From assembly GCA_902781565.1 (NCBI GenBank), contig CACZJT010000005.1, positions 11,902 to 75,901 on the forward strand: DNA of 64,000 bases, read 5' to 3'. Shown piece by piece: positions 45,221 to 55,686 of the stretch; positions within the stretch are counted from its first letter, which is position 1; each line of letters opens with the position of its first letter. Under the pieces are notes generated by a model. That model saw nothing but the letters and a program-made list of their open reading frames with translations. It was not told the DNA's origin and did not search any database. The stretch comes from an uncultured Ruminococcus sp. GTDB lineage: Bacteria > Bacillota > Clostridia > Oscillospirales > Ruminococcaceae. Made by a program: the position numbers and the translations under genes.

Positions 45221-46237
45221 TCACATGGTAGATTTTCGTATGAGCATCTCGAAGCCGAGAATGGTCGGGTGTCCCGCGCTCCCCCGGTCGAGCATATTCA
45301 TTATCTGGTCGGCGGCGGTCATGCCGAGGTCGGCGGCGCCGAATTTCAGCGAGGTTATGGGCGGGGAGTACATATCGAGGTAGTCGTTCCCGTAGAACGA
45401 AGCCACCTTGACGTCCCGCGGGATTGCCGTTCCCATCGAGCTCAGCACCGTCACGAGCTGCATACACAGCACATCGTCGCCGCAGATGATACACCCGCAC
45501 CCCCTGCGAAGAAGCTCCGACACCGCACGCTGTATGAGTATCTCCGAGCCCAGCCCCGTGACGGTCAGATCTGCGTTCGGTGTGAGTCCCGCGTTTGCGA
45601 AAGCCTGTTCAAAGCCCGCAAGGCGGCTCTTGTTGACTGTCTGATCCATCTTACCGAGGAGCAGTCCTATCCGTTCGGGAGGGTTGTTCATCATCAGATA
45701 AGAAGTCAGCTCGCAGCACCCTTCTGTATGGGCGCTGTCCACCGTAACGGCGCTCTCGTCCGCGCTCCTGCCTATCGCCACGAAGGGTATCTCTGCCTCA
45801 CGTAGCATTTTCTCCATGCTCCCGTCCGCCAGCGTCCTTGTTATGATTATCCCATCGACCTTACGCTGACTTATGACCCGCTTTAAGTGCGAGATATCGT
45901 TTTCCTCCGCGCCTATCATGAGCGTGTCGTACCCTCTCACGGCGCAGCACTTCGTTATCCCCGCCATGCAGGTCTGAAAGAAGGGCGCTTCCGTACCCTT
46001 GCTGTCCATAGGTATGACCACCCCGATATTATGCGTCACTCCGTTCGTTTCCGCGGCGGTCACAAGGGAGGGAGCGGGAGCGACATAATTCATCTCCTTA
46101 GCGCAGGCGATGACCCTTTCCCTTGTCTCCGCACCTATCCTGCCCTTACCCGACAGCGCCCGTGACACCGTTGTTTTTGATATGCCGAGCGCAGCGGCGA
46201 TATCGTCCAGCTGCACCCTTCTCTTCTCCTCAGACAT
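45221..46237 (-). CDS. LacI family transcriptional regulator
   Basis: LDDIAAALGISKTTVSRALSG HTH plus sugar-binding domain. Confidence 0.9.
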   Translation of the reverse strand: MSEEKRRVQLDDIAAALGISKTTVSRALSGKGRIGAETRERVIACAKEMNYVAPAPSLVTAAETNGVTHNIGVVIPMDSKGTEAPFFQTCMAGITKCCAVRGYDTLMIGAEENDISHLKRVISQRKVDGIIITRTLADGSMEKMLREAEIPFVAIGRSADESAVTVDSAHTEGCCELTSYLMMNNPPERIGLLLGKMDQTVNKSRLAGFEQAFANAGLTPNADLTVTGLGSEILIQRAVSELLRRGCGCIICGDDVLCMQLVTVLSSMGTAIPRDVKVASFYGNDYLDMYSPPITSLKFGAADLGMTAADQIMNMLDRGSAGHPTILGFEMLIRKSTM

Positions 46238-46412
46238 CAGCTTACCCCAGTACGAACTTGTTCGTACCGCCCCCTCGCTTATGACACAGCGCGGCAAGCT
46301 GATTGCTTCTACTTTCCACGCATTTTCCGCAGTTTGCAAAAGCGCGCGTGAGCATTATTGTTCGTGCTTTACGGCGTGTGCGTGACTGTCCCTCTCTGAA
46401 TTGGCGATCTGT

Positions 46413-46436
46413 GTAGGGTCGGGGCTTGCCCCGACC
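46413..46436 (+). repeat. GTAG-type REP-like palindrome
   Basis: GTAG-GGTCGGGGC-tt-GCCCCGACC in a 420-bp intergenic region. Confidence 0.55.
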
Positions 46437-46661
46437 TCCAATAACGTAACGCCCGTCAGGTTGTTCCTGCGTGAGCTTTACTGCGAATGGCGGGGGCTGC
46501 ACCAACGCAGCCCGGCTGCTCCGCCCTGCAAAGGCTTGCGCTTGACTGCTATCCGTTCCTCACGGCTCGCGTGTGACTGTACCCGCGCCTCTCACCGCGA
46601 TCTGATGTAAGGGCGCGTATTGCTTGTCTGTGACTGTCTGTTTATTTGTACAGTTGACCTG

Positions 46662-47816
46662 CTACTTCGGCACAGCCACTGCGTCCCTGACGGCGAGGTT
46701 CCTTCCGTCCTCGGGGTCGAAAAGATTTATCGTCCTCTCGCGGAACACGAAATTGAGCGTGCTGCTCCCTAAAAGCTCCCGCTGTTCCTCGTCGGTCATG
46801 TCGGCGATCTGTACGCGGGCGATTATCTTCTTCGAGGGGTCGCCGTTGAAATCCGCGTGTATATGTATCTCGCTGCCCATCATCTCATTGACCCGCACCG
46901 AAGCGATTATCGAATTCGGCGTATCGTTCGGCACTATCATAAGATTCTCAGGACGTATGCCCAGCTTGACATTTTTCGGCACTTCCCCCCGCTCGTCGAG
47001 AGCCGTGCAGATGTACTCGGGGACGTTTATCACTGCATCATCTATCTTGGCGGTATATCCGTTACCATGCTTTTTCAGCTCCGCGTCAAAGAAGTTCATC
47101 TGCGGCGTTCCGATAAAGCCCGCCACGAACAGGTTTGCGGGGTGGTTGAAAAGCTCCTGCGGGGTGCCGACCTGCATAACATAGCCGTCCTTCATTATCA
47201 CGATACGGTCGCCCAGCGTCATGGCTTCGGTCTGGTCGTGGGTAACGTACACGAAAGTCGTGCGTATCTTCTCGCGGAGGAGTATTATCTCCGCACGCAT
47301 CTGATTGCGGAGCTTCGCGTCGAGGTTGGAGAGCGGCTCGTCCATGAGGAACACCTTCGGCACGCGGACTATGGCTCTGCCTATCGCCACGCGCTGTCGC
47401 TGACCGCCCGAGAGCTGCTTGGGCTTGCGCCCGAGAAGCTCCGTTATGCCCAGTATCTCCGCGGCTTCAAGCACCTTCTGATGTATCTCCTTGTTCGGCA
47501 CCTTGCGGAGCCTGAGCCCGAAGGCGATGTTCTCGTAGACGCTCATGTGGGGATAGAGGGCGTAGTTCTGGAACACCATCGCGATATCCCTGTCTTTGGG
47601 TTCCATATCGTTGACCACGTTGCCGTCGATCTCGAGAGTGCCGCCCGAGATGTCCTCGAGCCCCGCTATCATGCGGAGGGTAGTGGACTTCCCGCAGCCC
47701 GAGGGTCCTACCAGCACGATGAACTCCTCGTGCTTTATCTCCAGATTGAAGTCATGCACGGCGACAAAGCCGTTATCGTACTGCTTCTTTATATTCGTCA
47801 GCTTTACATCAGCCAT
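46662..47816 (-). CDS. Sugar ABC transporter ATPase (MsmK/MalK family)
   Basis: GPSGCGKST, LSGGQRQR, DEPLSNLDAKLR. Confidence 0.95.
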   Translation of the reverse strand: MADVKLTNIKKQYDNGFVAVHDFNLEIKHEEFIVLVGPSGCGKSTTLRMIAGLEDISGGTLEIDGNVVNDMEPKDRDIAMVFQNYALYPHMSVYENIAFGLRLRKVPNKEIHQKVLEAAEILGITELLGRKPKQLSGGQRQRVAIGRAIVRVPKVFLMDEPLSNLDAKLRNQMRAEIILLREKIRTTFVYVTHDQTEAMTLGDRIVIMKDGYVMQVGTPQELFNHPANLFVAGFIGTPQMNFFDAELKKHGNGYTAKIDDAVINVPEYICTALDERGEVPKNVKLGIRPENLMIVPNDTPNSIIASVRVNEMMGSEIHIHADFNGDPSKKIIARVQIADMTDEEQRELLGSSTLNFVFRERTINLFDPEDGRNLAVRDAVAVPK

Positions 47817-47837
47817 TTAGAATTCCTCCTATGTGTA

Positions 47838-48719
47838 TCAGCCCTTTACGGCTCCGCCTGTTACGCCCTCGACGTAGTATCTTTGCAGCGCCATGAACAG
47901 CACCGTTACGGGTACGGACACGAAAAGTCCGCCCGCGCAGAATACCGTGAAGTAGTTGTTGATATGCTCCTTGTCGAGCCACTTGTACAAGCCCACCGCG
48001 ACGTTGTAAGCCTCCTCATGCCCGAAGGTTATCAGCGAGGCGTACATGAAATCTCCCCAGGGGGCTATGAATGCCATCATTATAGTGTAGATAATTATGG
48101 GCTTCGCCATCGGCATTATTATGCGGAAGAATACGCGGCTCCTCGAAGCGCCGTCTATACGCGCCGCCTCGTCGAGAGAGCGGGGGATAGTGTCGAAGAA
48201 GCCCTTTGCGATGTAGTAGCCCATGCCCGAGCTTGCGGCGTAAACGAGGATAAGACCCGGCACGCTGTTCTCGCTCGTAAGTCCCACGAGTTTGAGCAGG
48301 AAGTAGGTAGCTATCATCGAGAGGAATCCCGGGAACATTCCGAGGACGAGCATTACGTTCATGAGCAGCTTTCTGCCCTTGAAGCGCATTCTCGAAAGCG
48401 CGTAGGCAACGCTCAGCACTATCACCGTTTGAAGCACCGCATTGAACAGCGCGATGATGAGCGTGTTCTTGTACCAGTGCAGGAAGTTAGTTTCGTTGAA
48501 CAGTATTCGGAAATTGTTCATCGACCACTGCTTCGGGATAACGTATGTGACCATGTTCTGCGATTCCCCGCGGAAAGCCTGGAACACAAGATAAAAGAAC
48601 GGTATCAGCCATATGACGCACAGCAGCGTCAGGAATATGTATATCATAGTCCGCGTGAATCTCTCACGCCCCGACTTGCTGCGGTATTTTACATCAGAGG
48701 TATTGTTTTCTGCCATCAC
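47838..48719 (-). CDS. Oligosaccharide ABC permease (MalG/GanQ-like)
   Basis: LDEAARIDGA EAA loop, ends GAVKG. Confidence 0.9.
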   Translation of the reverse strand: MMAENNTSDVKYRSKSGRERFTRTMIYIFLTLLCVIWLIPFFYLVFQAFRGESQNMVTYVIPKQWSMNNFRILFNETNFLHWYKNTLIIALFNAVLQTVIVLSVAYALSRMRFKGRKLLMNVMLVLGMFPGFLSMIATYFLLKLVGLTSENSVPGLILVYAASSGMGYYIAKGFFDTIPRSLDEAARIDGASRSRVFFRIIMPMAKPIIIYTIMMAFIAPWGDFMYASLITFGHEEAYNVAVGLYKWLDKEHINNYFTVFCAGGLFVSVPVTVLFMALQRYYVEGVTGGAVKG

Positions 48720-50230
48720 TGGAAATCCTCCTCATTTTTCATTGCGGGAGACACATTATACACCACGAGCGATATAACGGCGATAACGAGGAACACGAGT
48801 ATACCGATGACCGCCGCCATCTTGTAGTCGTTGTTGGTTATGGTCAGGGTGTAGAGCCACGTTATGAGCAGGTCTGTCTTGCCTGCGCCGCCGTCGTATT
48901 CCATCGTCTTGGGCGCACCCGCCGTCAGAAGATAGATGACGTTGAAGTTGTTGATATTAGCCGTGAAGCTCGTGAGCAGGTAGGGTCCCGTCACGAAAAG
49001 CATATAGGGCAGGGTTATCTTCGTGAACTGCTTTATCCCCGAAGCGCCGTCTATTTTCGCGCTCTCGTAGAGGTCGGCGGGAATATTCATAAGCACGCCC
49101 GTGGTTATAAGCATGAGGTAGGGTATGCCGACCCAGAGGTTTATCACGAGAACCATTATCTTAGCCATAGTTGGGGTGGTCATCCAGCCGATGTTCTCGG
49201 TTATCGCCCCGAGCTTTAAGAGTATGCTGTTGACTATGCCCTCATTCGCGAACATCTTCGATACGAGCAGCAGGGAAACGAACTGCGGTACGGCTATGGT
49301 CATGACGAGTATCGTTCTGAATACCTTCTTGAACTTTATGCCCTTGCGGTTTATGCAGATAGCCACGAACATTCCGAGGAAGTAGTTCGAGAAGGTCGCC
49401 ACCAGCGCCCATATGAGCGTCCATATGAGTATCTCGCGGAAGGTATAGGCGAACTTGCCCGAGCCCGAGATATCGGTGGTGAGTATGGTTTGGAAGTTCT
49501 CGAAGCCCACCCACGAGAACAGGCTCTCGGGCGGGAGGTGGGCGTAGTCGTAGTTGGTGAACGCCACCAGTATCATGAAGAATATGGGTATCACCGTGAA
49601 CACCGTTATGCCGAGAAGCGGCACCGCGAGAAGGGTCTTGTAATACTGCTCGTCACCCAGCGATTTCAGGTCGTCCTTGAAAGCCTTGGGGCGTATGCCC
49701 TCCTCTATGAGCTTCTGGGCGGTGTAGTTCTGCTTTATGTTCAGGTACCACGTCCAGAGGAAGCCCACCACGAAGAATATGGTCAGCACGCCGTAGAGCA
49801 GTATTTTCAGGCTGTTGTCCTTGTAGACCGTGACCTCGAGCCCGTAGTCGTTGAGGGTCTTTTCCACCGCGACCGTTCCGAGGTTCCTCATGTCGGCTAA
49901 GTACCCGAAGCCGAACATCGCCATGAACACTATGAACACCGCTTCCATGATAAGGAAGATGATGCCCCTGCCTATCTGCCTGCGGAAGAACTGTCCGAAG
50001 CCCATTATGAAGAACGAGAGTTTCGTTTTCACATCGCCGTCCGCGAAGGTGTGTCCGATGTCTTTGAAGAAGCCCCCTATCCCGGCGAAGCCGTGTCCTA
50101 TGGCGGAGGGTATCTTTTTCAGAGCCGAGCCGCACTTTTTCGGCAGGTCGGCGAAGAAGACCTTGATATTGTAAAGCCTTTGTTTCGCGGGCGGCAAGCC
50201 CAGATAATCGAGTTCGTCAAGTCTTGTCAT
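48716..50230 (-). CDS. Oligosaccharide ABC permease (MalF/GanP-like)
   Basis: AFTNYD, LYESAKIDGAS, NFNVIYLL; start at MTRLD after AAAGGA. Confidence 0.9.
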   Translation of the reverse strand: MTRLDELDYLGLPPAKQRLYNIKVFFADLPKKCGSALKKIPSAIGHGFAGIGGFFKDIGHTFADGDVKTKLSFFIMGFGQFFRRQIGRGIIFLIMEAVFIVFMAMFGFGYLADMRNLGTVAVEKTLNDYGLEVTVYKDNSLKILLYGVLTIFFVVGFLWTWYLNIKQNYTAQKLIEEGIRPKAFKDDLKSLGDEQYYKTLLAVPLLGITVFTVIPIFFMILVAFTNYDYAHLPPESLFSWVGFENFQTILTTDISGSGKFAYTFREILIWTLIWALVATFSNYFLGMFVAICINRKGIKFKKVFRTILVMTIAVPQFVSLLLVSKMFANEGIVNSILLKLGAITENIGWMTTPTMAKIMVLVINLWVGIPYLMLITTGVLMNIPADLYESAKIDGASGIKQFTKITLPYMLFVTGPYLLTSFTANINNFNVIYLLTAGAPKTMEYDGGAGKTDLLITWLYTLTITNNDYKMAAVIGILVFLVIAVISLVVYNVSPAMKNEEDFQ

Positions 50231-50399
50231 AGCACTTCCGTTCCTTTCGTGATACCTGATGTTGCTGCTTTCCCGTGACAAAGACGGAACCAAACGCGCT
50301 TCCGTCCTTCTCGCCGAAAAGCAGTTTGCCGCGGCAGGCGGCGTTTGCCTTCCCCGCCGCGGCTGCTTTTCAAGGAGATCTATTATGCAATAATTAAGA

Positions 50400-51717
50400 T
50401 CATTTCGCTGCTTTGATAGCGTCCTCAAGGTCTTTGAGTCCTGCGGTGAGTTCTTCATCGGAGGCGTCCTTGTACTTGCCGCTGTTGATGTCGGTGCCGA
50501 ATGCCTTCGTGAGATCCCAGTAGGCGTTGGGGTACTGACCCTGAGCTTCGCAATACTGGAGCTGATCGGCTACGGCAGCGAGAGCAATGTCGGATTTTAC
50601 CTTGTCGTTCTGCTGGGCGTTCTTGTTGGAGGGTCCCCAGCCGTTGGCTTCAAATCTCGCAAGCTGTACTTCCTCGCCCGTGAGGTAGTCGGCGATGGCG
50701 TGACAGAAGGTCAGCTTGTCGGAATCGGTCTGAGGCTTTACGCCCACGAGCTTGAAGCCGCCGAAGCCGCTCATCTGGAAGGTCTCTCCGTCAACGGTGA
50801 AGGTCGGCAGCTTGCAGGCGCCGTAATTGTCGCCCAACAGCTCCGAAACGGTCGAGCTGTCCCATGTGCCCGAAACTATAGCTCCCGCCGTACCGCCGTT
50901 GGGGTCGAAGAGCGCCGCGTCCGCTTCTGTGGATTGTGAGAACGCTTTGTTAGCCGCCATATCGCGCATAGCTTTCAGAGCCTTCAAGCCTGCCGCACCG
51001 CTGTAATCGCAGGTAGCGCCCGTTACCGCGCCCTCGGTGTCGTAGTCATAGTAACACTGTGCGCCCGTTGCGAAGAAGAACGCCACGTTGTACCAGCCCG
51101 ACTGTATATCCATATAGAACTGCTTGCCTCCCGCCGCGCACTGGTCGAGTATGCCTTCGAGGGTCGAGGGGTCGGTGACTACGGACTTGTCGTAATATAG
51201 GAAGAAGCCGTTGTCGGAGGTCTCGGGATAGGCGTATACCTTGCTGTCGAGAGTAGCCGCCGCTATCGAACCGCTGTCGTTGTTGTTGGTAACGTTGTCG
51301 AGGAACACGCCGCCGGGAGCGGAGAGCGCACCTGCCGCAACGAGCCTTGCGAGCTGATCCTGTGCGAAGCCGTAAACGTCCGCGCCCGCTTCGACGTCGG
51401 TGAGGAGCTGTGTGGCAGCCTCGCCCTCGCCCATAGCCGATACGGTGATGGTGTACTTGCCTGCCCATTCGGTGGTAGAAGCCCATTCGTCGAGCTTGGT
51501 CTGTGTGAAGTCAACTATCTCCTCGGGCATCCAGACGGTCACGCTCCCGCCTGCCGAACCGTCGTCCGATTTCTTCTCCGAAGTGCCCGCCTCGGCACCC
51601 GCGGCACTCGTGTCACCCGCAGCCGAGCCCGAACCGCTGTCGGAGCTTCCGCAGCCCGAGAGCCCTAATACTAATCCCTAAAAGAACAGCAGACAAATCT
51701 CGGCACTGACGGCTCAT
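50400..51717 (-). pseudogene. Sugar-binding lipoprotein (MalE/GanS-like) with an apparent frameshift in the signal peptide near 51677
   Basis: Main frame begins after TAG with GLVLGLSGC; upstream frame MSRQCRDLSAVLL joins if one G of GGG is removed. Confidence 0.55.
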
Positions 51718-51774
51718 CACTCGTCGTCAAGCTCCCTTGCAGGGCGATAAATTCTTTATTCGTAACAAAACAAT

Positions 51775-51817
51775 GCGGCACCGCACAAAGTCAGTCCGAA
51801 TGCTTTGTGCGGTGCCG
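51775..51817. terminator. Long hairpin downstream of the anti-sigma gene
   Basis: CGGCACCGCACAAAG...CTTTGTGCGGTGCCG. Confidence 0.6.
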
Positions 51818-51819
51818 TT

Positions 51820-52926
51820 TCAGCTTATCCGAAGGTCGGTATTTCCGATCGTGATATGATCTGTCTGTGCGAAGTCTATCGGTCTGTCAGGATAGAAACC
51901 GATACTGCATGAGTATCTATCCTCATTCCCGTCCGACATAAAATATGTCCGCTTTGCTCCAAAGGAGGTGCCGTCCTTGTAAACTATCGTTATCGGCAGA
52001 GAGCTTTCGTCCTTGTATCTCATACGCTCTCCGAAGCCTTCCAAAGCAAGGTCTATGCCGATCGGACTTATACGCACTTCTGCGGTCTGTCCCTCCAATT
52101 CTGTATCAAAGTGCAGTGTGCTGTCCGGGATATCCGAGAGGTCTGTCAGATATCTTACCTCGCCTATAACGCTTTCATATGATATCTTCTCGGAATACGC
52201 GAAGTATTTGTCACGCTTCTGTTCGTACTGCCTGTTTTGCTCTTTATCTTCGGAACAGTAGGCGTTCAACGCTTCATATGCAAGCTCCTGCCGTTCGGTG
52301 CTTTCTTCAGAGCTGACGGTATGATCCTCGGGAACGCAATACAGGTTCGTAAAGCCCACTATATATTTCCTAAACTGCGGCTGAAAAAATCCGTTTGAAT
52401 GAACAGCCACCGATAGACTTCCGTCCCCGTTGATGAAGCACTGAGGTGTAATGACATAGCTTTTACTTGTGTGGTCAAGGAAAAAAAGATCGAGCCCCAC
52501 ATCGGCAAAGCCCGTCCGCCAAACATAGCCCTCGGGGGCTGTGAACGGTGTACCATCGGTTTTTCGCAGAGTGAATACCGCCGTATATTCATTGTCGGCA
52601 AATATAGTCCCCGAGAATGTGACCTCTGCTTTTTTGAAAGTGTTTTCCCTGAACTCACCTTTATAAGACGTCATCTCGTCAAGGGCTTTTATCTCACCCT
52701 CGGTCAAATTTTCCGTGTCGGAAAAATACCATTTCAGACCGTTGAGCAGACCGACCCTGTCAGCGAAATACGCTCCTGCACCTATCGCACACATCAGCAC
52801 CAAAGCTGCCGCTATCAGTATTGCAATTATCCGTTTGTTTGTCCTCCTTCTTTTTTTCACGTCCGCTTCGAGGATATACCTGTCACTTATGCCCCCGAAT
52901 ACACGCAGCAGTTCCATTTCATTCAT
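51820..52926 (-). CDS. Putative membrane anti-sigma factor
   Basis: GGISDRYILEA, single TM, coupled to the ECF sigma gene. Confidence 0.7.
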   Translation of the reverse strand: MNEMELLRVFGGISDRYILEADVKKRRRTNKRIIAILIAAALVLMCAIGAGAYFADRVGLLNGLKWYFSDTENLTEGEIKALDEMTSYKGEFRENTFKKAEVTFSGTIFADNEYTAVFTLRKTDGTPFTAPEGYVWRTGFADVGLDLFFLDHTSKSYVITPQCFINGDGSLSVAVHSNGFFQPQFRKYIVGFTNLYCVPEDHTVSSEESTERQELAYEALNAYCSEDKEQNRQYEQKRDKYFAYSEKISYESVIGEVRYLTDLSDIPDSTLHFDTELEGQTAEVRISPIGIDLALEGFGERMRYKDESSLPITIVYKDGTSFGAKRTYFMSDGNEDRYSCSIGFYPDRPIDFAQTDHITIGNTDLRIS

Positions 52927-53482
52927 TACCGTATCCCTCCCCGATAAGATATTCCCGCAGCCTGTCACGGGTACGTTTCAGTTTCATCTTTACAGCGCTC
53001 TCGCTGAGCCTGTAGGTGTGTGCTATCTCTTTCACGCTGCTCATATACCAGTAACGCCGCACAAAGACCCTGCGCGTTACTTCATCGAGCGTTCCGAGGA
53101 AGCAGTCAAGCATCTGCTCCAATATCCTCTGTTCCGTGTATTGTTCGGGGCTGTTTTCCGAGGGTATCACCTCCGCAAATTCCTCAAGTACAAGCTGCAT
53201 CTCTCCCCTGCCGCGCTTTTCGGCAGATAGTTTCTCATAAAGACCCAGAGCAAGATTCCGTACTATCCTGCCGAGATATGCTTTAAGGCTGCGCGGCCGA
53301 GTGGGCGGCACCGTATCCCACACCTTATAATAGCCGTCATTCACGATCTCCTCCGAGCTTTCCCTGTCGTGAAGAATGTTATTCGCTATGGAATTGCAGT
53401 AGCCGCCGTATTTCCTGCTTGTTTCGGCGACAGCCCTTTCGGAGCGTGCGAAATAAAGCTCAATGATCTCCTCGTCCTGCAT
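52919..53482 (-). CDS. ECF RNA polymerase sigma factor
   Basis: DEEIIELYFARSE.A...KYG.YC..IA.NIL...region 4 SVKEIA...ESAVKMKLKR. Confidence 0.9.
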   Translation of the reverse strand: MQDEEIIELYFARSERAVAETSRKYGGYCNSIANNILHDRESSEEIVNDGYYKVWDTVPPTRPRSLKAYLGRIVRNLALGLYEKLSAEKRGRGEMQLVLEEFAEVIPSENSPEQYTEQRILEQMLDCFLGTLDEVTRRVFVRRYWYMSSVKEIAHTYRLSESAVKMKLKRTRDRLREYLIGEGYGNE

Positions 53483-53820
53483 AGCCGTGACCTCCTTTTA
53501 CTTATAAAGACAGGAAACATAACGAAACGGTCACATCTCGGGTGTTTATCAGCGCAGAAAATATCCGATCATCAGCGGACAGGTCAATAGCAATCCAAGA
53601 AAATAGCAGCACAAATCTTTCGGATAAAATTCCACATTGCTGCGTCAAACTCCCTTGCGGTGCGCTGTACAAGCTGTGCTTGTACCCACGGCTGCGGTCG
53701 CTTTCCTTGCACTGTGAAATTTTCTCTCGAAATCTTTATGCTGCTATTTTCTTGGATTGCTATAAAAGCCGGGTTGCTGTATATATATTAGACTTCCTCG
53801 GAAACTATTTATGTCCGATG

Positions 53821-55464
53821 TCAGTCCGTCAGCTTGCCGTTCCCGCACAGACGGACGGTCCTGCGGGCGCCGTTCAGCTCTATGGTCAGCTCCACAGCAG
53901 AGCCGATGACCTCTGCCGAGATTAGCTTCGCGGAGGTCAGCCTGCGGGCGGTTGAAAGTATCTTCCTTGCGCGGGGAGTGCAGTCGTTCTCGTTGTCGGA
54001 GGTGCTGTAAAGACTGCCGCAGAGGTGGTCTATGAACGCCAGCGACTGCCGCTGGCAGTGGAGCAGGGAATTGCTCTCCTCGCTTAGCAGGAAGTCTCCG
54101 GGGTCGTTCAGGAATGCACGCCCGTTCAGCTGTCTGCGGAAGATGTTCCCGAGCATGGCGTTTCTGACCGAGGGCTGTTCGCGGCTGTTGCGCTTCTTGT
54201 CGCGGCGGAAATCCCATTCTTTTCTTATGTCGCAGCTCACTCGGCAGTAGTCTGCGATCCCGAAGGCGGGCATGAGCGGCACCCCTGCCGCGAGCAGCAG
54301 CTTGTCGCCCATACACTCCCGCAGGAAGTCCATAGCTTCGCACATGAGCTGACCGCGCGAGCGCCCCTCGTGCGGAAGCTCACAGACCGCGTACAGCAGA
54401 TCGAACTCTATCATATCGAAGCCCCAATCGTTAAGTATGGTATCTATCTGTGAGCGGATATGTTCTTTGAACTCGGGACAGCAAAAGTCCAGCGCGTATG
54501 TATCGGCGTCCGCTGGGACGGGGTCGCCGTTTTTGTCACGCAGCAGCCAATTTGCATGATCTTTGTACACTTCCGGATATGCGGAACATACGAACGGTGT
54601 GAAGCGGATACCCGAAAGCATTCCCGCTTCGTGTATAGCGTCGGAAATAGGTCTCATTCCCTCGGGGAATTTTCGCAGATCGGGTACGGCGGTACAGCCT
54701 GCTTCGGTCTGCCAGCCCGCGCCTATGCGGTAAAGGTCGGGGGCGGCGACGCTGCTGCGGCGAATGTCCTCTATCTCGCGGAGGATACAGTATTCTCCTA
54801 TATCATTGCCGAAGCTGTACGATGTGGTGCGGCAGGTGAGGGGCAGTACATCGGGCTTTCTGCATTTCATCATCTCGAAATAGCGGTCGAACACCTCGTC
54901 CTCGCCCCCCGTGAGAATGGCGATATCGAGGGCGGTGAACTTGTCCCTGTAGACAGCCCCCTCGCAGTCGAGACGCATGGTGAGCATCTCTGTGCCTGCC
55001 GAAAGGCTGATGACGGTGAAGCCGTTGCGCTCCGAAAGCGAGCCTATGAGAAGGTATTCGCCGTCCTTGCGGATATAGCAGTAGGAGAAGCCGTGCAGGT
55101 CGCCGTGGGTGTGGAGGTAATCCACAAAGCCGTAGTCGCCCGTTCTGTCGAGGGAGAGCTTTTCGAGCATAGGGAAGGCTTTTTTCTTGGGGCAATGCAT
55201 CTTGTCCCCCGCCCGAAGCTCGCAGCTCTCGGTGCGGGACTGATAGCCGTTCATGAAAACTCTGTCGTCGAAGCCCGCCGCCAGCTCGGCGGTCAGACGT
55301 ATATCCTCGAATATCATCTCATCTGCGGGAGCGATCTCAAGGCTCACGCGGTCTTTTTTATGTGTCAGCCGAGCGGAAAAGTATTCGCACTCGTAGTTAT
55401 CCTTGACTCTGTAAACATTACCTCCGAGCTTGATCTCGGCTACGAATCTGCGGGGCATTTCCAT
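53821..55464 (-). CDS. GH36/GH27-like alpha-galactosidase with divergent catalytic motifs
   Basis: NGYQS.T.S, IGAGWQ (usually IDDGWQ), KFPEGM, IEFDLLY (usually KLDFLY), CRVSCD, NDP. Confidence 0.7.
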   Translation of the reverse strand: MEMPRRFVAEIKLGGNVYRVKDNYECEYFSARLTHKKDRVSLEIAPADEMIFEDIRLTAELAAGFDDRVFMNGYQSRTESCELRAGDKMHCPKKKAFPMLEKLSLDRTGDYGFVDYLHTHGDLHGFSYCYIRKDGEYLLIGSLSERNGFTVISLSAGTEMLTMRLDCEGAVYRDKFTALDIAILTGGEDEVFDRYFEMMKCRKPDVLPLTCRTTSYSFGNDIGEYCILREIEDIRRSSVAAPDLYRIGAGWQTEAGCTAVPDLRKFPEGMRPISDAIHEAGMLSGIRFTPFVCSAYPEVYKDHANWLLRDKNGDPVPADADTYALDFCCPEFKEHIRSQIDTILNDWGFDMIEFDLLYAVCELPHEGRSRGQLMCEAMDFLRECMGDKLLLAAGVPLMPAFGIADYCRVSCDIRKEWDFRRDKKRNSREQPSVRNAMLGNIFRRQLNGRAFLNDPGDFLLSEESNSLLHCQRQSLAFIDHLCGSLYSTSDNENDCTPRARKILSTARRLTSAKLISAEVIGSAVELTIELNGARRTVRLCGNGKLTD

Positions 55465-55686
55465 GTTGACGATCTTCCTCCCGTTTTAACTTGCTCTTTA
55501 TCGGAGCTTACGTTTTTATGATACCACATATCGCGGGGCTTGTCAAGCATTGATCCCCGATCGGGACTAACGGGTCGTTCGTCCCGGAACCCTAATATTA
55601 TTCATAAAATATCTATTGACAATACGCCGCTGTGGGAGTAAAATTAAAATGTATGTTAATTGATATGAAAGGCAAAGGTGATCGTA

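Noticed and set aside
46857-48827. Long antisense ORFs (656 aa here; also 44519-45805, 17830-18960, 58527-59609)
   Set aside because: Shadow frames opposite well-supported genes in high-GC coding DNA; no motifs or RBS.
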